A model generated the notes under the pieces. That model saw only the letters and a program-made list of their open reading frames with translations. It was not told the DNA's origin and did no database searches. Below, piece by piece: positions 27,437 through 35,854 of a stretch of 64,000 nucleotides of DNA. The position numbers were made by a program, and so were the translations under genes. The stretch comes from Dehalococcoidia bacterium (GTDB lineage: Bacteria; Chloroflexota; Dehalococcoidia; GIF9; AB-539-J10): contig JAUWYX010000002.1 of NCBI GenBank assembly GCA_030615625.1, positions 185,918 through 249,917 of the forward strand, written 5' to 3'. How positions within the stretch are numbered: the stretch's first letter is position 1; each line of letters starts with the position of its first letter.

Positions 27437-28367
27437 GGATGCTGAACTGGTAGAGAAAATCTCAGCTCTTAAGAAAAGAAGGAATGCTGTTATCCTTGCC
27501 CATAACTACCAACTGGGTGAGGTTCAGGATATAGCCGACTTTGTCGGCGATTCTTTGGAGCTGAGTCAGAGGGCTGCCGAAACCGGTGCCGATGTAATCG
27601 TGTTTTGCGGGGTCCACTTCATGGCGGAAACAGCCTCCATCCTCTGCCCTGATAAGGTAATTCTGCTTCCCGACAGGAATGCTGGCTGTCCCCTGGCGAA
27701 TATGATTACTGCGGAACGCTTGCGGGCGAAGAAAAAGGAACATCCTCAAGCAGTAGTGGTCTGTTACATTAACTCCTCAGCCGAAGTCAAGGCGGAATCA
27801 GATGTCTGCTGTACCTCCGCCAATGCCGTCGGGGTCATAGAAAGCCTGGATGCTCGGGAGATATTATTTGTCCCTGACCAGTATCTCGGGCATTATATCT
27901 CGGCCAGGACTGACAAAAAGATGATTCTCTGGCCCGGCTTCTGCCCTACTCATGTCAGGATAAAGCCTGAAAGGATAAAGGAGTTGAGGCAGGAGTATCC
28001 TCAAGCTAAGGTGGTAGTGCATCCGGAGTGCCGGCCGGAGGTCATTGCCCTTGCCGACGAAGTGCTCAGCACCGGCGGGATGTGTAGGTATGCCCAGAGA
28101 GATGAGGTCAGAGAGATGATTGTGGGTACGGAAGTGGGGATAATACACCGACTTAGAAAAGAGAATCCCGGCAAGAGGTTTATTCCTATTTCCGAGCAGG
28201 CAATATGTCCCAATATGAAGTTAATCACTTTGGAGAAAGTTTTGTGGTCTTTGGAGGAGATGAATCCTGAGGTGAAGGTTCCCGAGGAAATTCGGCTCAG
28301 AGCCAAAGCTGCCGTGGATAAGATGCTTGAGGGGAAATCAAAAATCAAAGGTCAAAAGTCAAAATGA
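27426..28367 (+). CDS. nadA: Quinolinate synthase
   Basis: NAVILAHNYQ, VGDSLELS, FCGVHFMAE, INSSAEVKA and HPEC. The last codons and the stop lie inside an AT-rich repeat. Confidence 0.9.
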   Translation: MENRDAELVEKISALKKRRNAVILAHNYQLGEVQDIADFVGDSLELSQRAAETGADVIVFCGVHFMAETASILCPDKVILLPDRNAGCPLANMITAERLRAKKKEHPQAVVVCYINSSAEVKAESDVCCTSANAVGVIESLDAREILFVPDQYLGHYISARTDKKMILWPGFCPTHVRIKPERIKELRQEYPQAKVVVHPECRPEVIALADEVLSTGGMCRYAQRDEVREMIVGTEVGIIHRLRKENPGKRFIPISEQAICPNMKLITLEKVLWSLEEMNPEVKVPEEIRLRAKAAVDKMLEGKSKIKGQKSK

Positions 28368-28800
28368 CAAATCAAAATGGAGGAATGTAGTGCGAGGCTT
28401 CAGCCTCGTGCCAGAGTGGGATTGCACGACCTTAAAAGGTCGCACTACAATCCTGTTTGGAATTTAGTGGGCGGGGAGGATGTGGGCTCAAACAATAACA
28501 AAGCGCAAAATAGCAATGACCGAAACAGCTCACGATTTTGATATTTGGAATTTGCGGTGGGGGGCAATGTGGGCGGGTACAAGACCCGCCCCTACGGTCA
28601 GGGATGTAGAATGTAGTGGCGGAGTTCATCTCCGCCTCTCGGGCGGGGACAAGCCCCGCCCCTACAAATAAATGGGGATGATGTGGGCGGCACAAATTAA
28701 TGTGGTGAACGTAGTGGCGAGGTTTATCCTCGCCTTATGGGAGGGGGCGAAACTGGGCCTGACGAATTAGGTAACTACAAAAAGCCCAAAACGGGAAATT
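28335..28800. repeat. Intergenic repeat mosaic (four families)
   Basis: The AT-rich unit AAATCAAAGGTCAAAAGTCAAAATGACAA, the GGGCGGG-N-CCCGCCCCTAC hairpins at 28571-28595 and 28641-28665, and GTAGTGGCGGAG..CTCCGCC hairpins at about 28610 and 28705. Confidence 0.85.
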
Positions 28801-28839
28801 GAAATTTGAGCGGCCGATGCTCAACAGAGAAGGGAAACG

Positions 28840-29229
28840 ATGAAAGGAACAGACAGGATAATTGTTCTTATCACTGCCGGCAGCGAGGAAGAAGCTCATA
28901 AGATTGCTGAGTCGCTGGTCAATGGGAAAAAGGCTGCCTGCGTAAACATCGTGCCGAGGGTGGATTCGCTTTTCCGGTGGGAAGGCAAGCTTGACTCAGC
29001 CCGGGAGAGCCTCTTGCTGGTTAAAACCAAAGCATCGCTGTTTTCTGAAATAGTTGAGATGGTAAAAAGAATGCACAGTTATGAAGTGCCTGAAATCATC
29101 GCCCTGCCTATTATTGCTGGCAACGAGGATTACCTCAAGTGGCTGGATATTGCTTGCCGACAGGGGTTTACCAGGGCAGGGGACGATGTGGGCGGGGACA
29201 AGACCCGCCCCTACAAATTAACGTATTAA
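28840..29229 (+). CDS. cutA: Divalent-cation tolerance protein CutA
   Basis: The pattern AACVNIVPRVDSLFRWEGK...LLLVKT...YEVPEIIALPI. The C-terminal DDVGGDKTRPYKLTY is encoded by a repeat unit. Confidence 0.8.
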   Translation: MKGTDRIIVLITAGSEEEAHKIAESLVNGKKAACVNIVPRVDSLFRWEGKLDSARESLLLVKTKASLFSEIVEMVKRMHSYEVPEIIALPIIAGNEDYLKWLDIACRQGFTRAGDDVGGDKTRPYKLTY

Positions 29230-29583
29230 TGTAGTGGCGGAGTCCATCTCCGCCTCGTGGGCGGGTACGAGGCCTGGCCTGATAAATCAGGCAACTACAA
29301 AAATGTGGAGAGGAGCTCGCAATGACACCCCCCTTCTGTCGTTGCGAGGAGCGTAGTGACGAAGCAATCTCGGTGGGGACAGCGGGCGGGGACGAGGCCC
29401 GCCCCTACAAATAAATGGGGATGATGTGGTCAGCACAAATTAATATGGTGAATGTAGTGGCGGAGTTTATCTCCGCCTCGTGGGCGGGGATGCTCGATGA
29501 AATCGGCATTTGGAATTTAGTCTATAAAATTGCCACACCTCCCTAAATTTTAACGGCATTTTAACATTTAGATGTTATACTTC
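29185..29583. repeat. Intergenic repeat mosaic
   Basis: GGGCGGGGACAAGACCCGCCCCTAC at 29190-29214 and 29384-29408, GTAGTGGCGGAG hairpins at about 29228 and 29452, CGCAATGACA units near 29320, and the 62-nt element at 29522-29583. Confidence 0.85.
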
Positions 29584-29638
29584 AAGTATCAAGATAGAAA
29601 AAGAATAAAGGAGAGAGTAAAGCGCACACAAGGGGTGA

Positions 29639-29667
29639 TTGACAAAGACCTGCAGACAATATATAAT
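29639..29667 (+). promoter_or_regulatory. Consensus sigma70-like promoter upstream of SBP paralog 2
   Basis: TTGACA (29639-29644), 17-nt spacer, TATAAT (29662-29667). This implies a leader of about 300 nt. Confidence 0.55.
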
Positions 29668-29809
29668 CAAAGGAGGTATGTGCGGGAAAAATTGGAGGCT
29701 CCAGGGGAACGTGGCACCAGCTAAATTGACAACAACGATTGGATACAATCAAAAAGGTCGAGGTTCCAACTAGCTTTTTGGGTCTCCCTATGACTGACTT
29801 GCCCCAGCG

Positions 29810-29969
29810 GGCAACTAAGAACCTGGAGACCAGAAGCACGAAAGGAGGTGGTTCTATCGGGATAGTGTACAAAGATTCAGGTTGCTGGAGGCAACTGGAG
29901 GTCGACCGGTTTATTCCAGCACCGAATGAAAGGTTAGGTAACTTAAATCAAAAAGGAGGTTGAAAAGTA
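29810..29969 (+). promoter_or_regulatory. Conserved structured 5' leader shared with the paralogous SBP gene (copy 2)
   Basis: It aligns block by block with the minus strand of 3931-4113. The nested stem GCTGGA/TCCAGC enclosing AACTGG-N7-CCGGTT lies at 29884-29920. Confidence 0.5.
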
Positions 29970-31652
29970 ATGAAAAAGATTGTTTTCCTGATTATCGCCA
30001 GTTTGCTGGTGCTAGGGGTGGTTCTACCTGGCTGTGATGGCGCAGCAGCAGTACCTACTATCAAATTCGCCATACTGGGGCCAATGGACCAGATACAGGG
30101 TACCCACATGATGATGGGCGCCGAAATGGCAGCGGATGAAATAAACGACAGTACCGGCAAAATAACGTCCGGCACTACGGAGTTCGAGGTCGAGCTAGTA
30201 GAGGTCGACACGGACGAAATTGACGCTCCTTCAGGGGCCGCGGACATAGTGTATGATGCCCTGGTCTCCGATGATCCTCATGTCTGTATCGGCGGCTTCC
30301 GGACAGAAGCTGTTTCGACTTACATAGACGACATTATGGACGCCGAGAAGCTTTACTTTATCGCCGGTGCCGCCACATATAGCCTACTAAGTCCCGTAGG
30401 CTACGAGGACCCGGGCTACAAATACGTGTTCCGAGGTACGCCATTCAACGACGTCTTCCTGGTCAACAACTGCTATCTGATGTTCGCAATGGTAGGCAAG
30501 GGAATACAGGACGCAATGGGATATACTGGGACCCCGACGGGAACACCCCCCTACTATGTGTCATGGTCGAATAAGGTTAAGGTTGCCCTGTTAGCCGAGA
30601 GCCTGACCTGGGCTGAGAGCATGAGGGCCAGCGCCAAAAAAATCATAGGTGGCTATGGTCCCTTCTTCGGCTGGGAGATGGCCACGGACACGGCACATCC
30701 AGATGGCGAGTGGCTGGTCACTGACACCGAGTCCTACGTCAACGTTCAAACCAAGCTCAACGAGATAAAGGATGCTGGTGCTCAGGTTATCTTTAGTATC
30801 CTGTCCGGACCGGTTGGTCTTACCTTCGGTAAGGCCATGGGCGCGGTCGGGGTACCGGCTATCGTGGTGGGCATCAACGTGGAAGCACAGGATCCCGGCT
30901 TCTGGCTCGGCACCGAGTGGGAGACCGGCAAGTTTGGAGCTAACTATCAAATCACTATGGCCACCTGGGCTCCAAACGTAACGCAGACCCCCTCAACGGC
31001 AGCTTTCCTTGCCGCCTTCGCCACTAAGTATGGTGGATTATTCCCGGTTTATACGGCATCCAGCTATGACATGATCTACACCATAAAGAAGGCCATCGAG
31101 GCAACCAATGCCGCTACCTGGGATGCAGTGACAGAAACTACCACTCTCGACTACGATGCCGTTATTGCTTGGCTGGAAAACCTCGACAATGCCCAAGTCA
31201 TCTCAACCGGTCGAGCCGGCTACTACCCTGTGTGGGATGGCAGCACGACGGGCAAATGGAGCTCAGCGCCAGGGGCGACACTGCCGGCACTCAACGCGAC
31301 CCAATTAGCTGACCTTTATGCCCCCGGCATGTACGCGATTCCAGGCGTGGGTTCATACAACTTCACAATGCCGCCTTACACCGGTCATGACCTGATCTAT
31401 GGTCCTCGGACCGACCCTAATGACCCCGAGACCGGTTGGATGACCGGCCTTGCCTTCCAGTGGGTAAACGGCGTCCAGAAGGGCGTCTGGCCCAAGGACG
31501 GGTACGACGTAAAAATAGGTGGTGCTCAGTTGCCGCTCTCGACCACAATATCAAGGGCGGTCAGCGGTCTCAGCTGGAGTAACAACCTGACGTATCCCGG
31601 CATAATAGACTTCGTAATACCCCAGGAGTATATCGACGAGTGGACTCCGTAA
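29970..31652 (+). CDS. Lipoprotein, type-1 periplasmic substrate-binding protein (LivK-like ABC SBP), paralog 2
   Basis: Signal peptide plus lipobox (VLPGC) and the GGFRTEAV block. It sits in the same locus as the livHM/livGF genes. Confidence 0.75.
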   Translation: MKKIVFLIIASLLVLGVVLPGCDGAAAVPTIKFAILGPMDQIQGTHMMMGAEMAADEINDSTGKITSGTTEFEVELVEVDTDEIDAPSGAADIVYDALVSDDPHVCIGGFRTEAVSTYIDDIMDAEKLYFIAGAATYSLLSPVGYEDPGYKYVFRGTPFNDVFLVNNCYLMFAMVGKGIQDAMGYTGTPTGTPPYYVSWSNKVKVALLAESLTWAESMRASAKKIIGGYGPFFGWEMATDTAHPDGEWLVTDTESYVNVQTKLNEIKDAGAQVIFSILSGPVGLTFGKAMGAVGVPAIVVGINVEAQDPGFWLGTEWETGKFGANYQITMATWAPNVTQTPSTAAFLAAFATKYGGLFPVYTASSYDMIYTIKKAIEATNAATWDAVTETTTLDYDAVIAWLENLDNAQVISTGRAGYYPVWDGSTTGKWSSAPGATLPALNATQLADLYAPGMYAIPGVGSYNFTMPPYTGHDLIYGPRTDPNDPETGWMTGLAFQWVNGVQKGVWPKDGYDVKIGGAQLPLSTTISRAVSGLSWSNNLTYPGIIDFVIPQEYIDEWTP

Positions 31653-31690
31653 TAGCCAGGCTCTGTAATTGACCTGGTGACAAGTCCTGC

Positions 31691-31724
31691 GGAGGCCCCG
31701 GCTGAGCCGGGGCCTCCGGTTTTT
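31691..31724 (+). terminator. Intrinsic terminator after SBP paralog 2
   Basis: An 11-bp perfect stem GGAGGCCCCGG-CTGAG-CCGGGGCCTCC is followed by GGTTTTT. Confidence 0.75.
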
Positions 31725-31734
31725 GGCGGCAAAA

Positions 31735-31900
31735 AATGACACCCCACTATGTCGTTGCGAGGCTGACGAAGTCAGCCGAAGCAATCTCCGTGGGGACAGG
31801 GGATTGCCACGCACCTTTCAGGTGCTCGCAATGACAACGAGAGTGGGGTCCTCGTAATGGCAAGAGCGATCGGCTCGCCATGATAAAAAAGAATTCGAGG
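31735..31900. repeat. Intergenic repeat cluster (CGCAATGACA / GGCAATC family)
   Basis: gtcgttgcgaggctgacgaagtcagccgaagcaatctc and gattgccacgcacctttcaggtgctcgcaatgaca are reverse-orientation relatives of the units at 35905 and 36232. Confidence 0.8.
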
Positions 31901-31995
31901 CTCGCTTGACAGCGTGGGGTGGTATAGTATATAAGTAGGGATCCTGAGCAAGCCAAGCTGTTATAGCGTCAGAACACCACGTCAGTAGATGGTCT

Positions 31996-33504
31996 ATGAA
32001 CAGGTCAAAAGATTCGATAACCCTGGGCATTATCCTTTGCTTAGCGTTGCTGTCTTTGTCCACGCCCATCCTGGCCGACACTGGCCGGACCCAGCTTGCC
32101 GACAGCCCCTGGCCAACGTTTGGCCAGAACTTACAGCGTACCGGCATAAGCCCTTACAGCGGTCCTGAGCACCCATACCTTAAGTGGATCTTCACGACTG
32201 GCTCATCTGTTGGCTCCTCTCCCGCTATAGGAGCTGATGGCACCATCTACGTCGGCTCCTGGGATAACAAGCTCTATGCTACAAGCCCGGATGGCAGCGA
32301 CAGATGGAGCTTCGCCACCGGCAAGGAAATCCTCTCCTCACCCACCGTAGGCGCTGATGGCACTATCTATGTCGGCTCCTGGGACAACGAGCTTTATGCC
32401 ATAAACCCCGATGGCAGCGAGAGGTGGAGCTTCACCACGGGCGAATATATAAGCTCCTCTCCCGCCATCGGAGCCGATGGCACCGTCTATACGGGCTCCG
32501 GTGACGGCAAACTCTATGCCGTAAACCCCGATGGCAGCGAGAGGTGGAGCTTCACCACGGGCGGATATATAAGCTCCTCGCCCGCCATCGGAGCCGATGG
32601 CACCGTATACGTGGGCTCCAGTGACAGCAACCTTTATGCCATAAATCCCGATGGCAGCGAGAAATGGAGGTTCACAACCGGTGCCGCCGTTGACTCTTCC
32701 CCGTCCATAGGGACTGATGACGCCATCTATGTCGGCTCTGCTGATAATGGTCTCTATGCCATAAACCCGGATGGCACCCTGAGATGGAGCTTCCCCACCG
32801 GCGATGCAGTTCTTTCGTGCCCGGCCATAGGGGCTGATGGCACCATCTATGTAGGCTCCTTCGATGGTAGACTTTATGCTGTGAACTCCGATGGCACCGA
32901 GAAATGGAGCTTCGCCACTGGCAATGTAATCTTCTCATCCCCGGCTATCGGTGCCGACGGCACCATCTATATCGGCTCCTTCGACGGCAGACTTTATGCT
33001 GTGAACCTCGATGGCACCGAGAAGTGGACCTTCGCCACTGGCTATTTGGTTCAGTCTTCCCCGGCCATCGGGGCCGATGGCACCGTTTACGTCGGCTCCT
33101 TTGATACAAAGCTCTATGCCATCACGGAAGCGCCGCGCTATAGCCTTACCGTCTCCGGTAGTGCTGGCGGCTCACTGACGGAACCTGGTGCCGGAGAGTT
33201 TATCTATCCCGCGGGCGCCGTGGTCAGTCTGGCGGCCACACCCGATAACCGCTACCGCTTTGTCAATTGGACCGGCGACACAGATGAAATTGCCGATGTC
33301 AACAGTGTCTCAACCACTATCACCATTCGCGGCGACTACTCAATCACCGCCAATTTTGAGAGGATTCCACTGGTCAGCTGGCCAGTGATCGGCACATTCG
33401 TGGTGGCAGTGGCAGTAGCGGGACTGCTGCTTTTCTTCGTGCGTGGAATAAGACCTGCCTGGATTGAAGGTAGAAGGAAAGCCGCCGGGGGTAAACGACG
33501 CTGA
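31996..33504 (+). CDS. Cell-surface PQQ-like beta-propeller repeat protein with C-terminal TM anchor
   Basis: Signal peptide, about 8 tandem 40-aa units (GADGTIYVGSxDxKLYAINPDGSERWSFTTG), a YSLTVSG...FVNWTGD B-repeat-like domain, and a hydrophobic tail followed by a basic stop-transfer segment. Confidence 0.75.
   Translation: MNRSKDSITLGIILCLALLSLSTPILADTGRTQLADSPWPTFGQNLQRTGISPYSGPEHPYLKWIFTTGSSVGSSPAIGADGTIYVGSWDNKLYATSPDGSDRWSFATGKEILSSPTVGADGTIYVGSWDNELYAINPDGSERWSFTTGEYISSSPAIGADGTVYTGSGDGKLYAVNPDGSERWSFTTGGYISSSPAIGADGTVYVGSSDSNLYAINPDGSEKWRFTTGAAVDSSPSIGTDDAIYVGSADNGLYAINPDGTLRWSFPTGDAVLSCPAIGADGTIYVGSFDGRLYAVNSDGTEKWSFATGNVIFSSPAIGADGTIYIGSFDGRLYAVNLDGTEKWTFATGYLVQSSPAIGADGTVYVGSFDTKLYAITEAPRYSLTVSGSAGGSLTEPGAGEFIYPAGAVVSLAATPDNRYRFVNWTGDTDEIADVNSVSTTITIRGDYSITANFERIPLVSWPVIGTFVVAVAVAGLLLFFVRGIRPAWIEGRRKAAGGKRR
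32170..33120 (+). repeat. In-frame 120-bp tandem repeats inside the propeller gene
   Basis: Period 120 nt. The adjacent units at about 32400-32520 and 32520-32640 are nearly identical at DNA level. Confidence 0.8.
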
Positions 33505-33800
33505 ATTGGTCCTTTTCCCTTTTGGGCGGGTACAAGACCCGCCCCTACAGGCGGATAAAATTGCCGGAAAATCGGGAAAACCCTTGACAAGGCGGGGCAC
33601 GATGATATATAGTATCCGACAATTGCCCGAAAGACGAAGGGTTTGTAAAATGCCCAAAGTAGAACGGACGGTCAGAATCAGACAGTGTATAGGCGGGGTT
33701 TATCCCCGCCTTATTTTTGCCGGGGACGAGGCCTGGGCGGGGACAAGTCCCGCCCCTACAAATGAATGAATGTAGTGGCGAGGTTTATCCTCGCCTTGTG
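33505..33800. repeat. Intergenic repeat mosaic with embedded promoter-like element
   Basis: GGGCGGG hairpins at 33524-33548 and 33735-33759, GGCGGGGTTTATCCCCGCC and GTAGTGGCGAGG units, and TTGACA (33584-33589) followed 18 nt later by TATAGT. Confidence 0.75.
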
Positions 33801-33814
33801 GGATTAGAAGTGCC

Positions 33815-34711
33815 ATGATTGGACGCATCATAGTTCATACACTGGTGAGCGGAGGTGTCTTCGCCATCCTGGCGATCGGGTTTTCCCTTATCTTCGGCGT
33901 GGCACGGGTTCTCAACCTGGCCCATACGGCGTTCTTCACTCTGGCCGCCTTTGGCACGTTCTACTTGCTTTCGTCGGTGGTCGGACTTGAACTAGCTGTT
34001 GCTCCAGCAATCATTATAGTTGTCATTATTGTTGGCCTATTAGGCATGCTGGCTTACAAGCTCGTTATCAACCCGGTACGGGAGCATCATGCTGCCGTAT
34101 TGCTGATTACCATCGCCTTAGCCATGATTGCTGAGCAGGTTCTGGTCTGGCGTTTTGGTGGCCAGCACCGCACCATTCGCTTTCTCGTCCCGGGAACCGT
34201 AGACATATTCGGAATGACAATCGCCAACCAGAATCTTCTAACACTGGGGGTAGTAGCGGTAGCTATTGTGGCTGTGTGGCTCATTTTGTCCAAGACAAAA
34301 CTGGGCATCGCCATCAGGGCGGTGGCCAACGATACTGAGATTGCCGGCTTGATGGGGATAAGTGCTTCCCGAGTCCTGATGATAACGATGGGCATTGCCA
34401 CAGCCCTGGCAGCAATTGCCGGTGTAGTGATGGCACCATTAACGACAATCGCACCCGGCATGTGGGCCCCTCCGCTGATGACGGTCATGGTGGTTGTGAT
34501 AATAGGGGGATTGGGAAGCATAAAGGGGAGTATCATTGGAGCTTTCATCTTAGGCCTCGTCTCGGCAGTGTCCGTGATTGACCCTCTGGCCTTGCTACGT
34601 GGTGGTGGCGCTTACCTGAATATGACATTTATCCTCGCGGCTATGGTGATAGTGCTTATAGTCAGACCGTCGGGACTATTCGGCACACTTTTCGAAGAGG
34701 AGAAATTGTAG
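33815..34711 (+). CDS. livH: Branched-chain amino acid ABC transporter permease LivH-like
   Basis: Polytopic membrane protein. AIRAVANDTEIAGLMGI is the typical LivH/BraD loop. Confidence 0.8.
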   Translation: MIGRIIVHTLVSGGVFAILAIGFSLIFGVARVLNLAHTAFFTLAAFGTFYLLSSVVGLELAVAPAIIIVVIIVGLLGMLAYKLVINPVREHHAAVLLITIALAMIAEQVLVWRFGGQHRTIRFLVPGTVDIFGMTIANQNLLTLGVVAVAIVAVWLILSKTKLGIAIRAVANDTEIAGLMGISASRVLMITMGIATALAAIAGVVMAPLTTIAPGMWAPPLMTVMVVVIIGGLGSIKGSIIGAFILGLVSAVSVIDPLALLRGGGAYLNMTFILAAMVIVLIVRPSGLFGTLFEEEKL

Positions 34712-34712
34712 A

Positions 34713-35840
34713 TTGCTGAGACGGCTGCTCAAGAACTTCCGATACGGTGTGATACCAGTCCCCGGGCGGGTTATCGCGGTTGTTTTCTTTCTCTTTCTGT
34801 ATCTTTTCCCAGTGATTTCTGGGCACCCCCTTTATATGCGCATGTTTATTTTCACCAGCATATTCGCCATTTTTGCTGTGAGCTGGGACTTGTTATCGGG
34901 CTATACCGGACTGGTGAACTTTGGTCACGCTCTGTTCTTCGGGGTAGCTGCCTACACAACAGGGCTATTATACAAGTTTCTGGGCTGGCAGCCCTCGGTG
35001 ACAATACCGCTGGCAGTTCTGGCTGCCGTAGCAGCAGGAGTGCTTACATGTTTTCCGGCCCTGAAGCTGAGAGGACCCTACCTATCATTGCTTACACTGG
35101 CCTTCCCTCTCATGTTGCTGGGATTAGTCATGTTTTTCAGGGAATACACAGGCGCGGAATATGGCATACCTGGCCTTCCCTCCATCGCTGGCTCGCAGAC
35201 AGGTGAGTATTATATATGTTTGATAGCAATGACCGCATCGGTGCTGATAATGTGGAAGCTCACCGATGCCGGGAGCAGGTATGTCAGGACCGGTCTAATT
35301 TTCCATGCCATTCGTGAAGACGAGATTGCGGCCCGTGCCACGGGAATAAATACCATAAGATACAAGCTGCTAGCTTTTGCCGTCGGCGGCTTTTTTGCCG
35401 GACTCGCCGGTGCTTTGTATGCCCATACCCACGGAATAGTCAGCATAAGCAGTCTTAACCTCACCATGTCCTTTCAGGCCGTAATATGGGTAATATTCGG
35501 CGGTATTGTCAGCATTTACGGGGGAGTTGTCGGCGTCTACATCCTCTATCCGCTTGTATTCCTGTCACGTCGTGTTGAAGCTTTATTTTCGGCTATGCAG
35601 AAGGCGCTTCCCAATGTTGCAGCGACGGTTCCTCTTGCCAAGATATTGGAATTTCTGCATGAACTTGCCGGCCGACCGTACCTCGTCCTGGCTGTCATAG
35701 TGATACTGATACTGCTTTTCATGCCCGAAGGAATTGCCGTGTGGATAAGAAACAAGATCGAGCGAGAATGTCCACGCTGTAAGCTAACTAATGCCGCCTG
35801 GCGCCGGGAGTGCCGGGCCTGTGGTGCCTCTCTACACTAG
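34713..35840 (+). CDS. livM: Branched-chain amino acid ABC transporter permease LivM-like with C-terminal zinc-ribbon tail
   Basis: TTG start. The LivM block is FHAIREDEIAARATGINTIRYKLLAF, and the extra tail is CPRCKLTNAAWRRECRACGASL. Confidence 0.8.
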   Translation: MLRRLLKNFRYGVIPVPGRVIAVVFFLFLYLFPVISGHPLYMRMFIFTSIFAIFAVSWDLLSGYTGLVNFGHALFFGVAAYTTGLLYKFLGWQPSVTIPLAVLAAVAAGVLTCFPALKLRGPYLSLLTLAFPLMLLGLVMFFREYTGAEYGIPGLPSIAGSQTGEYYICLIAMTASVLIMWKLTDAGSRYVRTGLIFHAIREDEIAARATGINTIRYKLLAFAVGGFFAGLAGALYAHTHGIVSISSLNLTMSFQAVIWVIFGGIVSIYGGVVGVYILYPLVFLSRRVEALFSAMQKALPNVAATVPLAKILEFLHELAGRPYLVLAVIVILILLFMPEGIAVWIRNKIERECPRCKLTNAAWRRECRACGASLH

Positions 35841-35854
35841 AAAGGGGGCAACTC

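Noticed and set aside
28432-28695. ORFs of 60-105 aa lying entirely within repeat clusters. They are 2004..2288, 2050..2271, 28432..28695, 28480..28671, 33336..33590, 33340..33657, 33464..33769, 35854..36087, 35936..36166, 36123..36383, 36241..36459, 40165..40368 and 41693..41902.
   Set aside because: They are translations of palindromic repeat units, open on both strands, with recurring peptides such as WAGTRPAPT and CHCE...VAISG. They lack RBSs and change frame from copy to copy, so they are not credible genes.
32170-33120. Possibility that the repetitive propeller gene is a diversity-generating retroelement target, with a variable/template repeat pair.
   Set aside because: There is no reverse transcriptase, no non-coding template copy and no adenine-specific mismatch pattern. 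The repeats are in-frame structural blades.
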